A stretch of DNA of 64,000 bases from Eubacteriales bacterium (GTDB lineage: Bacteria > Bacillota > Clostridia > Oscillospirales > CAG-272): assembly GCA_045636605.1 (NCBI GenBank), contig JAZTXV010000022.1:9883-73882 (forward strand). Direction: 5' to 3'. The notes under the pieces were generated by a model that searched no databases, was not told the DNA's origin, and was given only the letters and a program-made list of their open reading frames with translations. How positions within the stretch are numbered: the stretch's first letter is position 1; every line of letters starts with the position of its first letter. Below, piece after piece: positions 61,318 to 64,000 of this stretch. The position numbers and the translations under genes are program-made.

Positions 61318-63108
61318 TTATTTCAATTCCTCAAAGTCCGCATAGCCATGCTTACAGAGAGGACAAACTATGTCCTCGGGAAGCTCCTCACCCTCGTAAA
61401 TCCAACCGCAAATCTTGCACACGTAGCCCTTTTTGCCGTTTGAAACGGGCTTCGGCTTTACGTTCTCGTGGTAATAGGTGTAGGTCATGCTTTCCTTGTC
61501 GGAGATTACTCTTGACTCGGTAACGGAGCAGATGAACATTCCGTGCGTATCAAGGTCGATATATTGCTCCACCTTGAGAGAAATGAACGAGTTTATATAT
61601 CTCGGTAAGAATACCAAGCCGTTATCGGAACGAAGCGGCTCGCAGTTTTCGAACTTATCAACGTTTCTTCCGCTTTGGAAGCCGAATGTTTCAAACACGG
61701 AGAACGGCGCATCGGTTGTTAAGAAGTTTACGTTCATAATTCCCGTCTGCTTGATTACATGGTGAGAGTAGTTTTCCTTGTTTATGGTAACGGCAATTCT
61801 GTTTGGCATATTGGTTACCTGAGTTACCGTATTTACGATAAGACCGTTATCCCTTTTGCCGTCGTTCGAGGTTACAACATAAAGACCGTAGCCGATATTG
61901 AAAAGAGCGCTGAGGTCATTTTTATTTGCAGTTGCGCTATCAATCGCCAAATACTCGTGACAAAGCTCGTCGGCAAGAGCCTCAAGAGCCTTGGAGCTCT
62001 CCTCGCTCAGCGAGCTCAAAATTCTTACGGTATTTGTAGCATAGGTGAGATTTTTTGAGCCCTCGAGCATTTCTCTCATAACCTTCGCTGCCAAGGGAGC
62101 CCAGCTTCCGTTTTCAACAAACGCAACGGTTCTGTTTTTGAAATCTCTTTCTGTCAGATGGTGAATAAATTCACGCATAAATGGGAAAACGCCCGCATTG
62201 TAGGTGGTGGTAGCCAAAATGAGCTTGCTGTAACGGAATGCATCCTCAACCGCCTCGGCCATATCGCATCTTGCGAGGTCGTTCACAACAACCTTGGGAC
62301 AGCCTCTCGCTCTTAGCATATCTGCTAAAATCATAACTGCCTTTTTCGTGTTTCCGTAAACGGAGGTGTAGGCAATAACGATGCCCTCCTCCTCAGGCAC
62401 GTAGCTTGACCAGGTGTTATAAAGTCCGATATAATAGCCGAGATTTTCGCTTAGCACAGGGCCGTGAAGCGGGCAAATTTTTTGAATGTCAAGACCGCTT
62501 GCCTTTTTGAGAAGCGCCTGCACCTGTGCGCCGTACTTTCCGACAATGCCGATATAGTAGCGTCTTGCCTCGCACGCCCATTCCTCCTCGACATCAAGTG
62601 CGCCGAATTTGCCGAATCCGTCGGCGGAGAAAAGAACCTTGTCGTATGAGTCGTAGCTGACAATAACCTCGGGCCAATGAACCATAGGAGCGGTAACAAA
62701 TGTAAGCGTGTGCTTTCCGAGGCAAAGCGTATCACCCTCGTCAACCACGATACGTCTGTCGGCAAAATCCGTGCCGAAGAAGTTCTTCATCATCACAAAT
62801 GCCTTAGCAGATGAAACGATTTTTGCGTTCGGGAACGCCTTTGCAAATGTGAGTATGTTTGCCGAGTGGTCGCTTTCCATATGCTGAACAACAAGATAAT
62901 CGGGCGCTCTTTTTCCAAGCACGCCTTGAATGTTGTCGAGCCATTCGTGTGAAAAGCTTGCGTCAACTGTGTCCATAATAGCAACCTTGTCATCGAGAAT
63001 TACGTAAGAGTTGTACGAAATTCCGTTTGGAACAATATACTGTCCTTCAAAGAGGTCGATATTGTGGTCGTTTACGCCAATGTACTTGATTGTGTCTGTG
63101 ATAATCAT
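61318..63108 (-). CDS. fprA: Flavodiiron protein (FprA) fused to flavin-reductase and rubredoxin-like domains
   Basis: HMESDH, MVHWPE, SADGFG, flavodoxin YTSVYGNT, YGLYVVT...GFQSGR, CKICGW..CPLC; ATG at 63108. Confidence 0.9.
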   Translation of the reverse strand: MIITDTIKYIGVNDHNIDLFEGQYIVPNGISYNSYVILDDKVAIMDTVDASFSHEWLDNIQGVLGKRAPDYLVVQHMESDHSANILTFAKAFPNAKIVSSAKAFVMMKNFFGTDFADRRIVVDEGDTLCLGKHTLTFVTAPMVHWPEVIVSYDSYDKVLFSADGFGKFGALDVEEEWACEARRYYIGIVGKYGAQVQALLKKASGLDIQKICPLHGPVLSENLGYYIGLYNTWSSYVPEEEGIVIAYTSVYGNTKKAVMILADMLRARGCPKVVVNDLARCDMAEAVEDAFRYSKLILATTTYNAGVFPFMREFIHHLTERDFKNRTVAFVENGSWAPLAAKVMREMLEGSKNLTYATNTVRILSSLSEESSKALEALADELCHEYLAIDSATANKNDLSALFNIGYGLYVVTSNDGKRDNGLIVNTVTQVTNMPNRIAVTINKENYSHHVIKQTGIMNVNFLTTDAPFSVFETFGFQSGRNVDKFENCEPLRSDNGLVFLPRYINSFISLKVEQYIDLDTHGMFICSVTESRVISDKESMTYTYYHENVKPKPVSNGKKGYVCKICGWIYEGEELPEDIVCPLCKHGYADFEELK

Positions 63109-63198
63109 AAAATTCTCCTTCTTGTGCAGGCCGTGCCATCGGACACAACCCATACATAATATAATTATTTCAAAAAAATTTCTAAAAAAATCAAAAAT

Positions 63199-64000
63199 TC
63201 AAAATAATTTGTCGGTCATATAGCCCAAATGGTCAAGCCAGATAAGCACGTGAGAGGCAAAGCCGTGATTACAGCTTGCACACCTTGCAACGTATTCCCA
63301 AAGAGTACCCGTTTCAAGCGCCATATAGTCAAAATAGTCACGAATATTTTTGTCAAGACGCTCGTTTTCGCCGTTTATCTTCAAAAGCTCGCACCTCAGA
63401 TAATTTCCGATAAACGCATTCGAAAAGTGAATGCTCGGCCATTTTCCGCTTTCGTGTCTTTGCGGGCCGAAATCCTCAAGAAGCGTTTCCCACAGCTCCT
63501 TGTCCTCATCTGTTGTTGCAACACCCGTAAAGAATGCGTAATATTGGCACGTTTCGCTTATCTGTCCCGACATCACGTACTCGCCCGCATCATTTTTGAC
63601 AGCATTATCTCCAAAGAACAGACCGAGCCTTGCCCTGCGTCTTATTGCCTCACGGCTAAGAGTCGCCTCACGGGTAAGCGCCTCATCTCCGTAAAGCTCG
63701 CCAACAACCCTTTTCAGCATACAATAGAGCATATTGGTCGGGTAGCTTATGTCACGCACGAGATTGTTGCACTCGCTCCACTCAACAAAAATCCACTTTT
63801 CAAGGCTTATAAGAATTCCGTCGGAGTCCTCAAAGGCTCTGAAATAGTCGATAAGCTCATAAATTCTGTCACGAATACTCAAGGCAAAATCCGTATCGCC
63901 CGTTCTTTTTACGTATTCGCTAAGCTCAAGCACGTACCACATGGCCCAGTTCGGAATAAAATTGCCATCGGCGTGGTCGGCAGGATAGCACATAGGTAGC
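63199..64000 (-). CDS. Alpha-L-rhamnosidase-like GH78 C-terminal part (truncated by window edge)
   Basis: IPNW, FVEWS, TGTLWE...SCNHGF motifs of the (alpha/alpha)6 domain. Confidence 0.7.
   Translation of the reverse strand, partial: LPMCYPADHADGNFIPNWAMWYVLELSEYVKRTGDTDFALSIRDRIYELIDYFRAFEDSDGILISLEKWIFVEWSECNNLVRDISYPTNMLYCMLKRVVGELYGDEALTREATLSREAIRRRARLGLFFGDNAVKNDAGEYVMSGQISETCQYYAFFTGVATTDEDKELWETLLEDFGPQRHESGKWPSIHFSNAFIGNYLRCELLKINGENERLDKNIRDYFDYMALETGTLWEYVARCASCNHGFASHVLIWLDHLGYMTDKLF

Noticed and set aside
63229-63999. 256-aa plus-strand ORF and other long antisense ORFs (e.g. 39610-40521)
   Set aside because: Antisense shadows of well-supported genes, with no recognisable motifs

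Overview
64-kb chromosomal window from a Firmicute, most likely an anaerobic Clostridia-like gut organism (inferred from gene content and sigmaA-type promoters). Housekeeping and metabolic genes include xylAB, rnmV-like, holA, cysE, a MATE transporter, rmuC, pyk, ptsI, a RecQ-family helicase, sbcDC, rubredoxin, a flavodiiron protein and a partial GH78. There are also two surface lipoproteins and a MoxR-DUF58-vWA-vWA operon. The most striking part is a ~16-kb co-directional operon (39097-54810) resembling a non-canonical type VII/ESX-like system. It encodes a soluble FtsK/EssC-like ATPase with no TM or FHA domains, a Walker-B-mutated duplicate of its ATPase domain, and several ~90-aa WXG100-like proteins with WxD/LxD centres. 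It also has two papain-like (C39-type) effector plus immunity-like pairs, and three membrane proteins sharing a novel ~90-aa N-terminal domain but carrying different C-termini (Hint autoprocessing domain, LRR array, TM only). The first gene of the operon appears to be a free soluble copy of that shared domain. On the opposite strand lies an operon of a DarB/SNF2-like helicase lacking its methylase, an AAA ATPase and a DUF2201 metallopeptidase-vWA protein. Several intergenic regions look like structured RNAs. No rRNA, tRNA, CRISPR array, integrase or transposase was recognised. All family assignments are by-eye motif recognition, not database searches.
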